From the IMG/VR virus record IMGVR_UViG_3300032261_000561: DNA of 64,000 nucleotides. One strand, written 5' to 3'. A program made the position numbers and the translations under genes. The notes below the pieces were generated by a model, which had not been told where the DNA came from, did no database searches, and saw nothing but the letters and a program-made list of their open reading frames with translations. Positions 47,401 to 59,589 of this stretch are shown here, in pieces; position 1 is the stretch's first letter, and every line of letters starts with the position of its first letter. The DNA comes from a virus.

Positions 47401-48858
47401 TGGTAGCACAGCGCCTCCCGGTCGTTGTCGCTTTCCATCAGCGTCTTGACGGTGTTGAAGATCAGGTTGTCACGCGGGATGCGGTCCTTGTACTTCGCAT
47501 AGGCGCTAGTCAGATTTTCCAGATGAGCGGTCCAGTAAGCGATAACCGAATCGGCCTCTTCGCGGGCGTTGGCGATGATCAGGTCCATCGGGTCTGGGGC
47601 GGGCACCGGCAGCCTCCTCGATTGCACGCAGCAGCATGATCTGAGTAGACACCAGTTTGTCGGCCAGCTGGTAGAGGTTGGCCAGGTGGTCCTCGGCCTC
47701 GGCGGGCCCGCTGACCTTCAGCCTGTGCCAGAGACCCACGGTGTTCTCCACCTCGCGCCGCGCCAGCTTCACGAAGGTGATCTCCGACGTCGGGGTGTCA
47801 GCCATCGTCGAACTCGATCAGGCCGGGCACCTGGAAGCGGACGGGATAGGCCACCGGGTCGGCCGGGAAGTGCACCAGGAACTTGGCCCCGGCCACATGA
47901 CAGGTGGCCAGGAAGTGCAGCGCGTCGATCCCGGCCGCGTGCAGCTGCTCATCGGTCAGCGGGACCGGGCGCAGCCGGGAGGAGGCCAGCCGCATCTCTT
48001 TGAGGCACTCCTTGGTGGTGGGCCGTCCCGCCACCTGCTCACCCAAGATGAACTCGGCGTCGGTCAGCGGCGGCAAGTCGTCAGCCACTGTTGGCCATTG
48101 CCTTCTCGGTCAACGAGGCAATGCTGACGTGGGTCGCGGTGATACCGACCTGGGGGGAGGCCGCGTCGTTGACGATGGACTGCAGCTGCTCCTGGTTCAT
48201 CCGCAGCATCGAGTTGCCGTCCTTGTCGTTGTTCTTCACCACGTTGCCGGGCACGGTGATGGTCAGCTCGTTGATGGTGACGCTCATGATGTCTCCTCTT
48301 CCTCATCGGTTTCCTCGCACTGGATGGCTTCCAGTTCGTCTTCACGCAGGGTGAACTGCCCCAGCCCGGGAATGCTCACCTGGTAGTGCGCGGTGGCACC
48401 GTCGGCGCGCGGGTAGACGCTGCGTGAGACGGACACTACAGTGCCCTGAGCGCCCCCCTGACGCACGATCACGCGTTCGTTGACCCCGAACTTCGGGGAG
48501 CCGGAGAAACTCGCCCCAGGCGCCGCAGAGGCCTGATCTGAAGGCCAGGGCAGCAGCACTTTGGGCGCCGGGCGCGGGCGGGTCAGCTCGGCCACGGTGG
48601 CGAGGTCCTTGGACGCCAGCACCCCTTTGATCCATTCGATGTCCAGGTGCAGCTCGAACAGCTCGCGGGAGGATTCCCGGGCTTCCTCGAAAGCGCGGTC
48701 GGCCGCCTCCTTGGCGTAGACGTGCGGGGGTTCAGAGCCGTTGGGCACCGGCGCTCCTTCGGACTATTGACCTCACAGGTTACCTTGCTTCTCGATGTCC
48801 TCCAACGCTTCCCGCAGATCAGCAGCGATCTGCTCGCCGGTCGACTTGACGTAGATGG

Positions 48859-49148
48859 ACCCTGATGTCGATGGCGGCGCCATTCTCATCCACACCCACG
48901 GGCAGGTCGAGGAACTCGTCGATGTTCCAGATGTCGTCGGCCTTACGGTCCAGCCACCAGGCCAGCCGGTGCAGCAGCCCGGCGATACGGCGCCTCATTC
49001 CACCGTCACCTCGCCCAGCCGCCGAACCATCTCCTCGACAGCGGCGCCGCAGGCTTTGGCGTACGCCGAAACCACGTCCTCGGGCCCGGCGGTGTCCTTC
49101 CAGCGCACCCTGATGTCGATGGCGGCACCATTCTCATCCACACCCACG
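48859..49148. repeat. 42-bp direct repeat (48859-48900 and 49107-49148; 41/42 identical)
   Basis: ACCCTGATGTCGATGGCGGC(G/A)CCATTCTCATCCACACCCACG. Confidence 0.9.
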
Positions 49149-51481
49149 CTGAACCCACTCACAGCAGCACCCACAGCGCACAGACCAGCACCCCCAGAAC
49201 CAGCACACAGACCAGGCCCCACTCGTCGAAGAACGTGTTCACGACACCTCCTGTGGGGGTGTGGCCACCAGGTCGTAGCCCACCGCGCGGGCCTCGGCGA
49301 TCACCTGCTCGGCGAACGGGTCGCAGATCGAGCGGCTCGGCCCGAACCCGAAAGCGTGGTAGACCAGCTCGGAGAAGGCCATGCCCAGCAGCCGTTGGTC
49401 GATCATCGGTCCTCCGCCAGCCGGTAAACACACTTGCCCGCGCTGTGCGGGACCCGCGTCACGATGCCGTGCCGATGCAGGGTTTCCAGGATCACCTTCT
49501 GGTGCCGGTCAATCCGCAGGTGCGGGGGCCAGATCCCGCCGCACAGCCGCATGGTTTCCAGGATCACCCGCTGGCGTTTGCCCTGTCCCCGCATCATTGG
49601 TCCCCGTACTGGTCGGACGGCGGCGGCCAGGTGGCCGGGGTCAGCGGCGGGCCGATCGGGCGGTGGGCGTCGTCGTCCAGGGCGATCACCGCCCCGAAGG
49701 CGATGCCCAGCGCCACCACCCAGAAGGCGATCTTCCACCAGCTCATATCGGTGCCCTATCCGCCTCGTGCATCATGCGTGCCAGCCGAGCCACCGCCACC
49801 GCCGCCAGCATGGCCACGTTGCCGCCCCCGATGTCGCCCTGCGTCTCGGCGGTGCCCAGCGCCATGGCCACGCTGAGCGCGACGTCCTTGTCGGTGCGCC
49901 CGTCGTTGATGAACTCGGTGGCCAGCACCACGAAGGCGTTCAGCTTCTCGTTGTGGTCGGTGTAGATGTCGCGCTCGCCGTCGTCCACAGCAAACACCTT
50001 CCTGTTGCCTTCTCGTAGGTTGCCGTTTTCAGCGTGCGTAGCAAACTCGGTACACGCCGTTGTCCAGGCTGAGAATGCCACGCTGGACCAGCCCGTCGAA
50101 GATGTGCCGGTGATCGCTGCGGATCTTCCAGTGCTGCGGCCACATCCCGGCGTTGCGGTGCATGGCGTCCAGCACCGCTTGCTGGCGCCGTCCCAGCTTC
50201 TTCTCGTTCACCGGCGCCGTCTGCGGTACGCGTTGCGTCCCCAGATCGCCAGCTGGGTCACGATCGCCCCGAACAGGCCGCCCACCAGAAACTCTGCCCA
50301 ACTCACAACACTCCCTATCTCGTCGACGCCTTAGTCCTGTGGCCCCGGCAGCGGCTTGTTCAGGTCTGCCCACGGCTCAAAGCCCCACCATTTGTCGCGT
50401 TCCCGCACCGCGTCATTGAACGCCTCCAAGGCATTGAAGACGAACATGGCCAGGATAAAATCGGGGGTGTGACTGCGGTTCTCCACGCTGTGCCGGTTGC
50501 ACAGCTCGCGCAGCTCTTCCTCGAAGCTCTTCCCGTCGTTCACAGCACTCCCTGTCTGGCCGCCAGCTCGGCCCTGATGGAGGTCACCAGCGCCTGCAGC
50601 CAGCTGTCGTCGGCGCCCTTGATGTGAATCGCGTTGCCGATCCGGACCGCCTTCATCCCCGGCTGCAGGGTGATGGTGAAGGTCGGCTTCATGGGGCTCA
50701 CCTCTGGATCGGCTTGTCCTTGATCTTCGCATGCAACGCCGTTCCCATATTGATCTTGGTCATCGCGGGTGCAGCGGTTTGCCGTCGATCTTGGCACTGA
50801 CCGCGCCCCCGCACGCCATACAGGCCACATGATAGGGCTCGTCGGAGACGAATTTGTGCGGGCGAACGCTGCCGTCGGCGTTGAACACCGCCGGGTCGCG
50901 GAACCTCTTATCGATGGTGGTCATGTGTTCTCCTTGGGTGATTTTCGTGCTGTAGATCAACAGCACCGTGTTGAGCAGGCAGACGACGATCAGCGCTCCC
51001 AGAAGCGCCCCCAGAAGCAGCGTTGTCACGGGTATCCACTAGCAGACCCCGGTTACCGGCATGCGTCAACATGTTCACAACGGGCCTTCAGCGGGCCTGT
51101 ACGCCATCATGGCGTGCCGGTAGGCCACTATGGCGTCGGGCCCCTCGAACGTGCGCTCACAGCGGTCCCAGCCCGCATAGACGGCATATCTACGCAACCC
51201 CTCCACCGTCGCGGGACGAGGGGGCCAGTTGGTGCTCGCCCACCAGGTCTGCCCCAGCGGGTCGGTGTAGCCCCAGGAGGACCCGTCGGGAGCGATACCG
51301 TGCAGGATCCAGGTCACGACAGCAGCCCTATCGTCAACCGATACTCAGGCCCAGCAACACCCCAGACAGGAAGAACAGCGTGATGACTAGGGCGAATCCG
51401 CCCCAGGTGGCGTTGTAGCCAATGCGAGGCTCGGTCATATCCAGGTCTTCCTGTCGGGGGCCATGCCGTGCAGCGTCCAGG

Positions 51482-51949
51482 TCATTCGACCACCACCTCG
51501 GGGACCAGCAGTTTGGGCTTGCCCTGCTCGGTGATCGGGGTGCGGCGCAGGGTGCCCGGCACCTGACCGGGGACTTCGACGTAGTCGTACCAGTGCTGAC
51601 GCTGTGCTTCTGCACGTAGCTCACGACGCAATTGGTGAAGGACCACGGCCTTTCCCGGCTCGGTGGCCCGTGCATAAGCACGGGCGTGCACCGGCAGGAT
51701 CTCACGGGTGGCGTACTCAGCGATGCAGGGGTCTTTGGGGCAGGTCAAGGTGATTTTCACGGGCGTTCTCCGTAGTCGAGCAGGTCTGTGGTTCGGACGC
51801 GGGGGGATGTGTACGCGGTGGGGGGTACCGCAGGCGGGACAGTCCGCCTCCATGTAGCAGTCGCCGCGCCTGACCGCGACAGGGGCGTCGGGCGGGGTGG
51901 TGTAATCGCACAGCCGGATACCGCAAGAACAGTCGATGACGCAGGTCAT
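51482..51949 (-). CDS. Zn-ribbon protein
   Basis: DCSCG...DCPACG. Confidence 0.65.
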   Translation of the reverse strand: MTCVIDCSCGIRLCDYTTPPDAPVAVRRGDCYMEADCPACGTPHRVHIPPRPNHRPARLRRTPVKITLTCPKDPCIAEYATREILPVHARAYARATEPGKAVVLHQLRRELRAEAQRQHWYDYVEVPGQVPGTLRRTPITEQGKPKLLVPEVVVE

Positions 51950-52146
51950 CCGAACAGCTCCCTGGCGGGGATCGGTACTACGTGGTGCGCTCCGCAATCG
52001 GGACAGTCAATCATCAGATGAGACTGATCTTGCAGAATCGCCATCGGCGCGTCCGGTGGTGGCGTGTATTCGGTCAGGTTCTTGGTGGGTCTGATGATGA
52101 TGTTCTGCCGAGTCCCGCACTCGCAGTCGATGATTACATTCGTCAC
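51946..52146 (-). CDS. Zn-ribbon protein, paralog of previous
   Basis: DCECG...DCPDCG. Confidence 0.65.
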   Translation of the reverse strand: MTNVIIDCECGTRQNIIIRPTKNLTEYTPPPDAPMAILQDQSHLMIDCPDCGAHHVVPIPARELFG

Positions 52147-53790
52147 ACTGTTCCCTTCCGTTGCACAGGTTTTCGTGGATCACCCCGCAGTCGGGGCACT
52201 GGTGGATGTAGGTGCTCACCGCGTCATCCCCGGGGGGTAGGCGGGATGGCCGTCCCCGTGCGGCGGGGCGTCCCGGCAACCCAGGCTGGGGCGGTCGTGC
52301 GAGCGGTGACACCACTGGCACCGGGTGGGGTCGTCGTCCCGGTACTGACATTGGTTGCGGTGATTCCTGCAGCGCTCCCTGGTCTTTCTCGGCGGCAAGC
52401 CGGGCGGATCCCACGGGCGGGTCACCGGGCGCTCTGCGGCCTGTCTGACGGTCACGCCCACCCCAGCTCGACCAGACGCGCGATGCCGTCGTCGGCGACC
52501 TCCTTGGCCTGGGTGCTGTCGAACACGATCGAGCCGGTGCCACCGACCCAGCACGTCGACCCCGCGCCCACCACCTGATACATCAGCTCGGTGACGTTCT
52601 CGGCATCGGCGAAGCGGTTCAGGATCATTCGGACAGGCTCACCGCCCCAGCTCCTCGATCACGATGGCGTCCCCGAGGGGGTGCTCTTGTACCAGTGGTG
52701 CTCGCAGAGGTATTGCTCGCGGTCCTCGGGGTAGCACACACAACCCTTGCTCATGATGACGCGCACGGTGGCGGGTCCATCACCGAATCGGCACTGGGCC
52801 ACTGCCATACACCGGCCTTTCGGGTCTCGCACAGCCAGGAGTGCCGGGCAGGTACGGGCACTTCCCCATCTCGCCACATGTCGGGCAGGGGTCCATCCCC
52901 AGGTGCTCGTCGCAGCGGCTGCGCTGCTCCCAGTTGCCCAAGCCGGGACCGTCCCCGGTCCAACGTCCGAAGGCACTGGTGGCCTGGTTGGGACAGTCGC
53001 CATAGCCACAGCGGCCAGGGAACGGGCGACCGTCCCAGAGTGCGGGCCTGCGCTCTTCACTCACTGCCATATCACCTGCGCCTCCCTGTTCGAGTGCGCC
53101 CAGCCCTGGTGAGGTTCATCGGTGCTCCCGATGCGGCTGGCCATGATTGTCGGCCGCCGCGTCGTCGGCCCGCCAGAAGCGCTCTTTGGCCAGCTCGTAG
53201 ATCTTGTCGGTGGGCGGCCATATCGCAGGGGGGTCAATGCCGGTGTGCGCTTGCAGCTGGCGCACCTTGAGTTCCAACAGACCCACCTCGATGCCGGTCT
53301 GCCGGATCAGCTGGTCGATGCGCTCGTGCAGGTAGGCCAGCTCATCAGAAATGCTCATGGCGCCCAATCAGCTCACCGCCCTCGGTCGGCCGTGGCGCAC
53401 CACGTTGACCCCCAGCGTGGACAGCAGGGCGACCAACAGCTTGGGCGGGGGATGGCCGGAGAGCGTGTGCGCCTCGTTCTGCTTGACCCACAGCACAAAC
53501 TCGCTCAGGTGTCTGGTGGCCGAGGCGACGGTGTCCTCGTCGATGCCGTTGCGCCGCAGGATGGCCGCGATCGCCTCCTCCTCCTCCATCGGCAGAAAGG
53601 CGCTCATCAGGCTGCCTTCTTGCGCTCGGCCCAGCCGATGGAAAGCAGCATGCCTTGGGCGACCTGGCGCCGGGGACCTTTGGTCTTGGCCACCGGCTCC
53701 AAGACCTCGCGAAGCAGCTCGATACGCTCCGGTGTCAGATTCATCTCCATGTGTGTCTCCTTGGGTAGTTCTCGGGTGTGTCACCTTCTG

Positions 53791-53817
53791 GAACAATTTA
53801 CCAGCCAAGTATATTCC
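53791..53817 (-). promoter_or_regulatory. ECF-like promoter with degenerate operator
   Basis: GGAAT-ATACTTGGCTGGTAAATT-GTT. Confidence 0.7.
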
Positions 53818-55766
53818 GGTAAGTCACGCCGGATACGCCAGGAGAACAGGCTGGTCCATTCGATCCAGCTGTTGCTGCCCATAGCGAGCACGGGGCGATC
53901 AACCCAGCGCGAATCGCGTGGGCCCTCTGGCTTGCTGTGGATGCTCATTCGGTGTCCAGCACCTTCTCACCCACCCGGGGGACGGGGAACTGCCGCCCGC
54001 ACATGGTGCACTGCGCCTTCACAGCGGTGGTCCCATCAGCTCGCCGTAGTTGAAGTCCTGCCCCATCACATCCTGGATGGTGACCTGCGGGCCGTGGGCG
54101 CCGTGGAACTCCCCGCGCCAGATGTGGCAGTACTTGACCACGGTGGCGTCGGGACGACCTTTGACGAAAGGAATGGCACGCGGTGTGGGACGCCACCAGC
54201 CGTTGCGGTAGCTGCCGTCCTCGCGCATCCCGGGCATCGGCTCGATGAGATCCCAGGCGGGATAACGCAGCTTGGCGAAATCCCCGCCGCCGGTGCCCCG
54301 GTCTCTCAGCCGCGCCGCCAGCGGGGGGACCTCCACCCAGCTCTCGCCGTTGCGCTCGAAGTACCACACCACCGCCACCAGCAGGGTGCCCATCGCGCGG
54401 GTGATGGTGCGGTTGACGTACTCCTTGTCCAGCTTGGAGCAGGCCGGGCAGATCTTGCCCTCGGGGCAGGGATCGTTGAGCCACTCGGTGGCATCCGAGA
54501 GCGAATCGTTGTCGGGATCGAAGTGAAACGGACCGTGGGTCATCAGACCACCGCCACGATCAGCCGGAACAGCGCCCACCCGTAGAACACCAGGGCCACC
54601 GGCACGATGGCCGCGAGCAAGACCAGCGTGGCGCGGTAGTCGGCGCGGGTGGTGTCGGTGAAGTTGTGCGGACCACCGTCGAAGCCGAACAGCCCGCGTT
54701 GCAGCTGGATGAGCAACTCATTCACTGGCTGTCCTCGTGATGCAGCTGGCAGCACTTCTTGGCCTCTTTCAGCGTGCGAACACCATAGCCCTCCCCGTCG
54801 GTGGGCCCGGGCCCGAAATCCAGGCAGGGACGCCAGGTGTCGTCCTGCGCCCAGCGCTCGGCGGGGAACCAGGGCCCGCCCCTGCTGTACTGCACGATGC
54901 GGTAGACGTAGCCTTCGCTGGCCGCCCAGTAGGTCTTCTCCGACGGGTTGCGCAGTCGCTCCGGCGGGATGCGCGTGAAGTGCAGCGGGGGCTCGTTGCG
55001 ATCGAACACGACCGGCCCGCCGTCATCGGCGCTCATATCAGCTCCATCATTGGTCGTCGTCCTCCAACCCCCATCGGTTCTCGTTCTCGATCCCGCCGAC
55101 GTACTCGATCTCCCTGGCCTCCCACTGCTGGGCGCGTGCCTTGGCCGCGTCCAGGTCAGCGAAGTGGGCCTCGGCCAGCTCACACGAATCAACCACCTCG
55201 GTGCCCTCGTCCTCCTCGACCTCGTTGCCCTCCTCGTCGAGGTAGTGGCCGGTGGGCATGTACGCCGACAGCGCCAGCCTGCTGACGTGGACGCCGTGGA
55301 CGTCGGTGTAGTCCAAGATGGTGTAGGTGCGGGCGCCCTCGATCGGGAAGATCACCACCCGGCTGCCGCCCCGGGTGAACGCGTGGCGGATGACCAGATC
55401 GGGGAAGTGCTCCATCGGGCTGTTCTCGGGCTTCCCCCATTTCAGCTGTTCGATCATCACGCCACCACCTCGTCGCACTCGTCATCCCATTCCTGCACGT
55501 GATAGCCGGTTACATACGAGCTGGGCTGGGCCTTTTCCATGGCGTGGGCGAAGACCGTCGCCGCCAGCCAGCGGACGTCGTGGGCGATCTCGGTGGCGGG
55601 CAGGGAGGGGGTGTCGGCATGGTGGCGGGCCCGGTAGACGTCTAGGTCGACGTCCACGCTATAGCTGATCTTGACCCTCATCACGCCACCCCTTTACGCA
55701 GCTCTTCGAGCGTGGGTGGTTTCAGTTTTACTGCCATGTTGTGTGTCTCCTTGTGTGTGTCTGCTG

Positions 55767-56129
55767 CTATCTGATGAGCATGGAACAGAAGTAATCCGTC
55801 AGGGACCTGCTCGCGTTCCAGACGGCTTCCTCCGAGATAAGAGCCAGTTTTTTGGCCTGAGCCACCACCTCGTCGAATCCTTGGGACAGATACTCGCGCT
55901 CGGCGCCCGCCCATTGCTTGAGCTGACTCTCGTGACGCCGGGCATCCAAATGGGGATGAGAAATCCACACTCGCCCTGTCTGGCGTCCGTAAGCCAGGGC
56001 ATCACGACGATGCTGAGAGATGCGCGCCTGCGGCCGATTGGTGATGCCGATCTTGCAGCCTCGATCGAGGATCTCCACGACATACAGATATTTGGAGTCG
56101 TCGTATGGGGTCAGCTCACCACCACTCAC
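55767..56129 (-). CDS. GIY-YIG/T5orf172-like nuclease
   Basis: YLYVV...KIGIT..PQARISQH...E...EY. Confidence 0.7.
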   Translation of the reverse strand: MSGGELTPYDDSKYLYVVEILDRGCKIGITNRPQARISQHRRDALAYGRQTGRVWISHPHLDARRHESQLKQWAGAEREYLSQGFDEVVAQAKKLALISEEAVWNASRSLTDYFCSMLIR

Positions 56130-56675
56130 GCGAAAACCTCCTTGGGGCTACCAGATCCAGTGCCTTCAGATTATCACAACATTAGAGGTACGTTAGAAGT
56201 CAACCGGGATGCCACCCTAGTGCTGGCGGGTGCTTAGCGTGCCAGGCACAGGCCCAGTGACCCAGCACCGCCCTGATCGCCGGGCGGCGGCACCAGTCGT
56301 GATCGAGGGCCTTCACCACCGCCCGGCAGCGATGCGTGGTTCTAGCCATGGGCGCCCGAGTAGCGGAGTTTCCCCCGGCAATCACCGCGTTGGTTCCCGG
56401 CTCCTCGCCGTGGGGACTCGGGCTTTCCAGATCAATTCGCATCGGGCACCCGTGCGAGTGTCCCAACGGATTCCAACCGCTCGGGCTCAAGCAGGTGCAT
56501 GGCCTCAGCGTCCTGGGATAAGCACTGCCGCACTCGCGAACATCCTCGCAGTCACAGATCTCATCCCTGTCGGCCTTGGCGCACCCGATTGTCGGGCTGA
56601 TCGGTCCATGCAGTCTCTCTTCATCCCACGCTTTCAGCACCTCTTCCAGCTGGGTGCCGTACACCTCGGCCAGAT

Positions 56676-57494
56676 TCATCGGCCTATCCTCGCCAGGCAC
56701 TGCGGATGTCCTCTCTCGCTGCTCGACTCGGGGTTGGAGGCCCAGCGCCACGCCTCGGCGGGCCCGTTGACGGTGCCGTCGTTGATCTCCTGGTGGCACC
56801 CGATGCAGACCTTGGAACCCAACGAGGGCACGCCCGCCTCGATTTTCTGTGGACCCAGGTACTCGCCGTGGCGGGTGTCTTCGAAGACGATGTTGCCGCC
56901 GCCGCCCGGGCGGAAATCGCGGGAGGATCCCTGCTGGGGGCCCAGCGGCACGCCCCAACCCGGGTTAGGGGCGGGGGTGTCGCCCACATGAATGGTGGTG
57001 CCCGGCTTGGCGTCGGCGCCGCCACCGGCCGCCCCATAGGTGGGCAGGGGCTCGCCGGTGCCCGCCTGCACGAACGTCTCGGTGGAACCCACACCCGCAC
57101 CGCCGGGTCCGACGATGGCGATCGGATTGCCTTCGCCGTCACGCAGGATGTTGTCGGCGGGGGCGCCGCCACCCATCGTCACGGGTGGCTGGCGGATCCC
57201 GTAATCGGGCTGTTGGCCGGAACCACCGCCGCCCATGTGCATGCCGGTCATGCGGGCACGGATCTCGGCGGCCGTCTCCCCGCGCTGTCCCTGGTGGATG
57301 GTGGTCACCCCGTCGGGGGCGGTACTGGTCACCTTGGTGGCGCACAGATCGCAACGGATCGAGCCGTCAGCCCCCCACAGCCAGCCGAACGGTTTGTACC
57401 CGGCCACTGACCGCGAAATGTCGTCGACATCGACGCGGCGCACGGTGGCGCACGATTTGCAACGCCAGTCAATGCTGATGGATTCCATAATCAT
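56676..57494 (-). CDS. Gly-rich protein with Zn-finger ends
   Basis: CKSC, CDLC, CIGC and HPQC. Confidence 0.7.
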   Translation of the reverse strand: MIMESISIDWRCKSCATVRRVDVDDISRSVAGYKPFGWLWGADGSIRCDLCATKVTSTAPDGVTTIHQGQRGETAAEIRARMTGMHMGGGGSGQQPDYGIRQPPVTMGGGAPADNILRDGEGNPIAIVGPGGAGVGSTETFVQAGTGEPLPTYGAAGGGADAKPGTTIHVGDTPAPNPGWGVPLGPQQGSSRDFRPGGGGNIVFEDTRHGEYLGPQKIEAGVPSLGSKVCIGCHQEINDGTVNGPAEAWRWASNPESSSERGHPQCLARIGR

Positions 57495-58819
57495 TTTGTG
57501 TCTCCCGCTAAAAGTATTTTACGCTGCCATTCCAGAAACCGCTGGTCATCGGCGAATTTATGGGCGCCGAATCTCGCATTGAATTTCGCCACCTGCCCCC
57601 AGGTCAATTCTTCGTGGTCGGGCGCCCGATTCAGGGTCTCCGAACGCAAATGCTCCACCACCGAGGACGGCACCAGCATGGGCGCGGTGCCGTGCGCCCG
57701 CGCTTGCTCCACCACGACGTCATCGGAGCACCAGCCGGTGAAACCCTCGTCGAAGCCGCCGATCTCGTGCCAGAACTGGCGGCTGACCATGAAACACCAA
57801 CCTGACAGATGGGCGCCGGTGGTGTAGCCGGTGGTGTTCTCGGTGATGTCCTGCTGGCGCTCGTCGCCGGGGCATTTGGGGCTCATCACCGGGTGATCGG
57901 CGGCAAGCAGCTGGTGCAGCCAGCCGTCGCGGAAAATCAGATCGTTGTTGGCCACCATGATCCACGGGGCGAAACCCAGCGCCGCGCCCCGGTTGGCGAA
58001 GTGGTTGTAGTTGAACTCGTCGGAGGTGTACACGGTCTGGGCGTGCTGGTAGCGCACGCCTTCGCATTGCTCGATCACCACGATGTGCACCGGCAGCGAG
58101 TTGGCGCCGGAGATGCAGGTGTTGATGGTGGTCTGGGTCATCGCCTTCATCTTGGGGGTCTCGGCCTTGGAGCTGATCACCACATCGACCAACGGTGGGA
58201 TGTTGCGCATCCGCAGCGAGCCCGGCCGGGGGATCTGCGTCTCGGTGGTGTGCGGGGACCAATCGTAGAAGTACAGCACCTTAGGGATGTGGTGCTCGCT
58301 GGACAGGTGCGGCCGGATCAGCTGGCCGTACACCGCGTCCTCGCCGTAGACGACGTTGGGGAAACTGGCCCGCCGCGCGATGCTGCGTTTGACGGCGCAG
58401 ATGTGGTTGGGCAGCCGCTCATATTTATTGGGCAAGTTGCGGTTCTCCTGGAAACGAATGGAGTACTCGCACGGCTTGGGCTCCTCGCCATTCATGGAGA
58501 CTTCGACCAGAAATGTGATGACATCGGCCGGATCGACGTCGATGGCGCGCAGCAGCTCGGCGAACATATCCGGCGCAATGCGATCGTCGTCGTCGATGAA
58601 TTGCACATAGCGGCCTTGGGCCATATCGATCATGACATTGCGTTTCTCGCCCAGCATCATAGTTTTGGTGTCCGTCAACATCAGTATTTCCAGCCGAGCC
58701 TGATCCTGCTCGGGCAGGCTGTGGTACTGGGTCCAGAGCTGCTCTTGGATGGCTAGCCCGAAGGTGTTCCAGCGGGTGTGGGTTGAGCACACCAAGATAG
58801 AGAGATCGATGCCGCTCAT
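57491..58819 (-). CDS. Tandem GT2-family glycosyltransferase
   Basis: GEKRN...FIDDDD...YGED; second domain ANRG...NNDL...GGFDEGF. Confidence 0.9.
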   Translation of the reverse strand: MSGIDLSILVCSTHTRWNTFGLAIQEQLWTQYHSLPEQDQARLEILMLTDTKTMMLGEKRNVMIDMAQGRYVQFIDDDDRIAPDMFAELLRAIDVDPADVITFLVEVSMNGEEPKPCEYSIRFQENRNLPNKYERLPNHICAVKRSIARRASFPNVVYGEDAVYGQLIRPHLSSEHHIPKVLYFYDWSPHTTETQIPRPGSLRMRNIPPLVDVVISSKAETPKMKAMTQTTINTCISGANSLPVHIVVIEQCEGVRYQHAQTVYTSDEFNYNHFANRGAALGFAPWIMVANNDLIFRDGWLHQLLAADHPVMSPKCPGDERQQDITENTTGYTTGAHLSGWCFMVSRQFWHEIGGFDEGFTGWCSDDVVVEQARAHGTAPMLVPSSVVEHLRSETLNRAPDHEELTWGQVAKFNARFGAHKFADDQRFLEWQRKILLAGDTK

Positions 58820-59445
58820 CCTTTGGTCACGATCACCATGTTGGGGTGGAAGGATACCGCCGCGATGTCGTCGTAGGCACCCACCGAGTAGTCCTGGGGG
58901 ATCATCCACGCATTGACCTGATCAGCCATCCGCTTGAACCACTGCATGGCGGTGCGTCCGTAGACGTTGGGCACCTGGGCCTCGGGGTTGGGATCGGCCT
59001 CGACGGGGTTGTCAGCGTAGTAGCTGGTCATCAGGTCTTCGACGATGTAGAAACCGTGCATCTTGAGCCTCGACCACCAGTTGATGAAGCTGGTGATGGT
59101 CTTCGAACTGAGGTGGCTGGCGTCGTCGATGATGACGTCGAAGGTGGCGTCCTGCAGGCCTGGGGGGATCTCGGCCTGGTCGCAGACATGGGTACACACC
59201 CGGTCACTGAAGCGCAGGCTGTCATAGGTGATGGCGCGATCAATGCCGTGGATTTGGGCGCCGGGGTGGGTGAAGTACTCGTCCCACATGGCCAGGCTGG
59301 CGCCCTTCCAGATGCCCAGCTCCAACAGGGAGATGGGCTGGTCGCGCCACGGGGTGAACAGCCGGTCGTAGATCCAGGTGTAATTATGCTCGGAACTGCT
59401 CTTGTCGGTCCCGTGTTGCAGCCCCAGCTCGTCCAGTGTCGCCAT
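58816..59445 (-). CDS. Class I SAM-dependent (sugar O-)methyltransferase
   Basis: GTDK...HNY, LLELGI, GID, IIDDASH, YIVED. Confidence 0.9.
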   Translation of the reverse strand: MATLDELGLQHGTDKSSSEHNYTWIYDRLFTPWRDQPISLLELGIWKGASLAMWDEYFTHPGAQIHGIDRAITYDSLRFSDRVCTHVCDQAEIPPGLQDATFDVIIDDASHLSSKTITSFINWWSRLKMHGFYIVEDLMTSYYADNPVEADPNPEAQVPNVYGRTAMQWFKRMADQVNAWMIPQDYSVGAYDDIAAVSFHPNMVIVTKG

Positions 59446-59589
59446 TCCCCTGTGCCTTATCGATCAGGGCGGCGTGGAAGGCGCAGTACCAATCCAGCCG
59501 ACCATGAAACGTGCGTAACGCGTCCCCTGGCTCTGAGCAGCGCGTATCTGAGCATAGTGCACCTGGCTGGTGTTTATCGGCATAGCTGC

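Larger units (their letters stand above)
44458..55737 (-). other. Array of roughly 45 small, translationally coupled hypothetical genes (e.g. 44821-45198, 45677-46183, 46523-46858, 47798-48088, 48284-48748, 50331-50543, 53368-53607, 53607-53750, 54019-54543, 55047-55478)
   Basis: Abutting minus-strand ORFs with high GC3 and ATGA/GTGA overlaps; no assignable functions. Confidence 0.7.

Noticed and set aside
48859-49148. DGR template/variable repeat pair
   Set aside because: Only 42 bp with one mismatch, and no reverse transcriptase in the window
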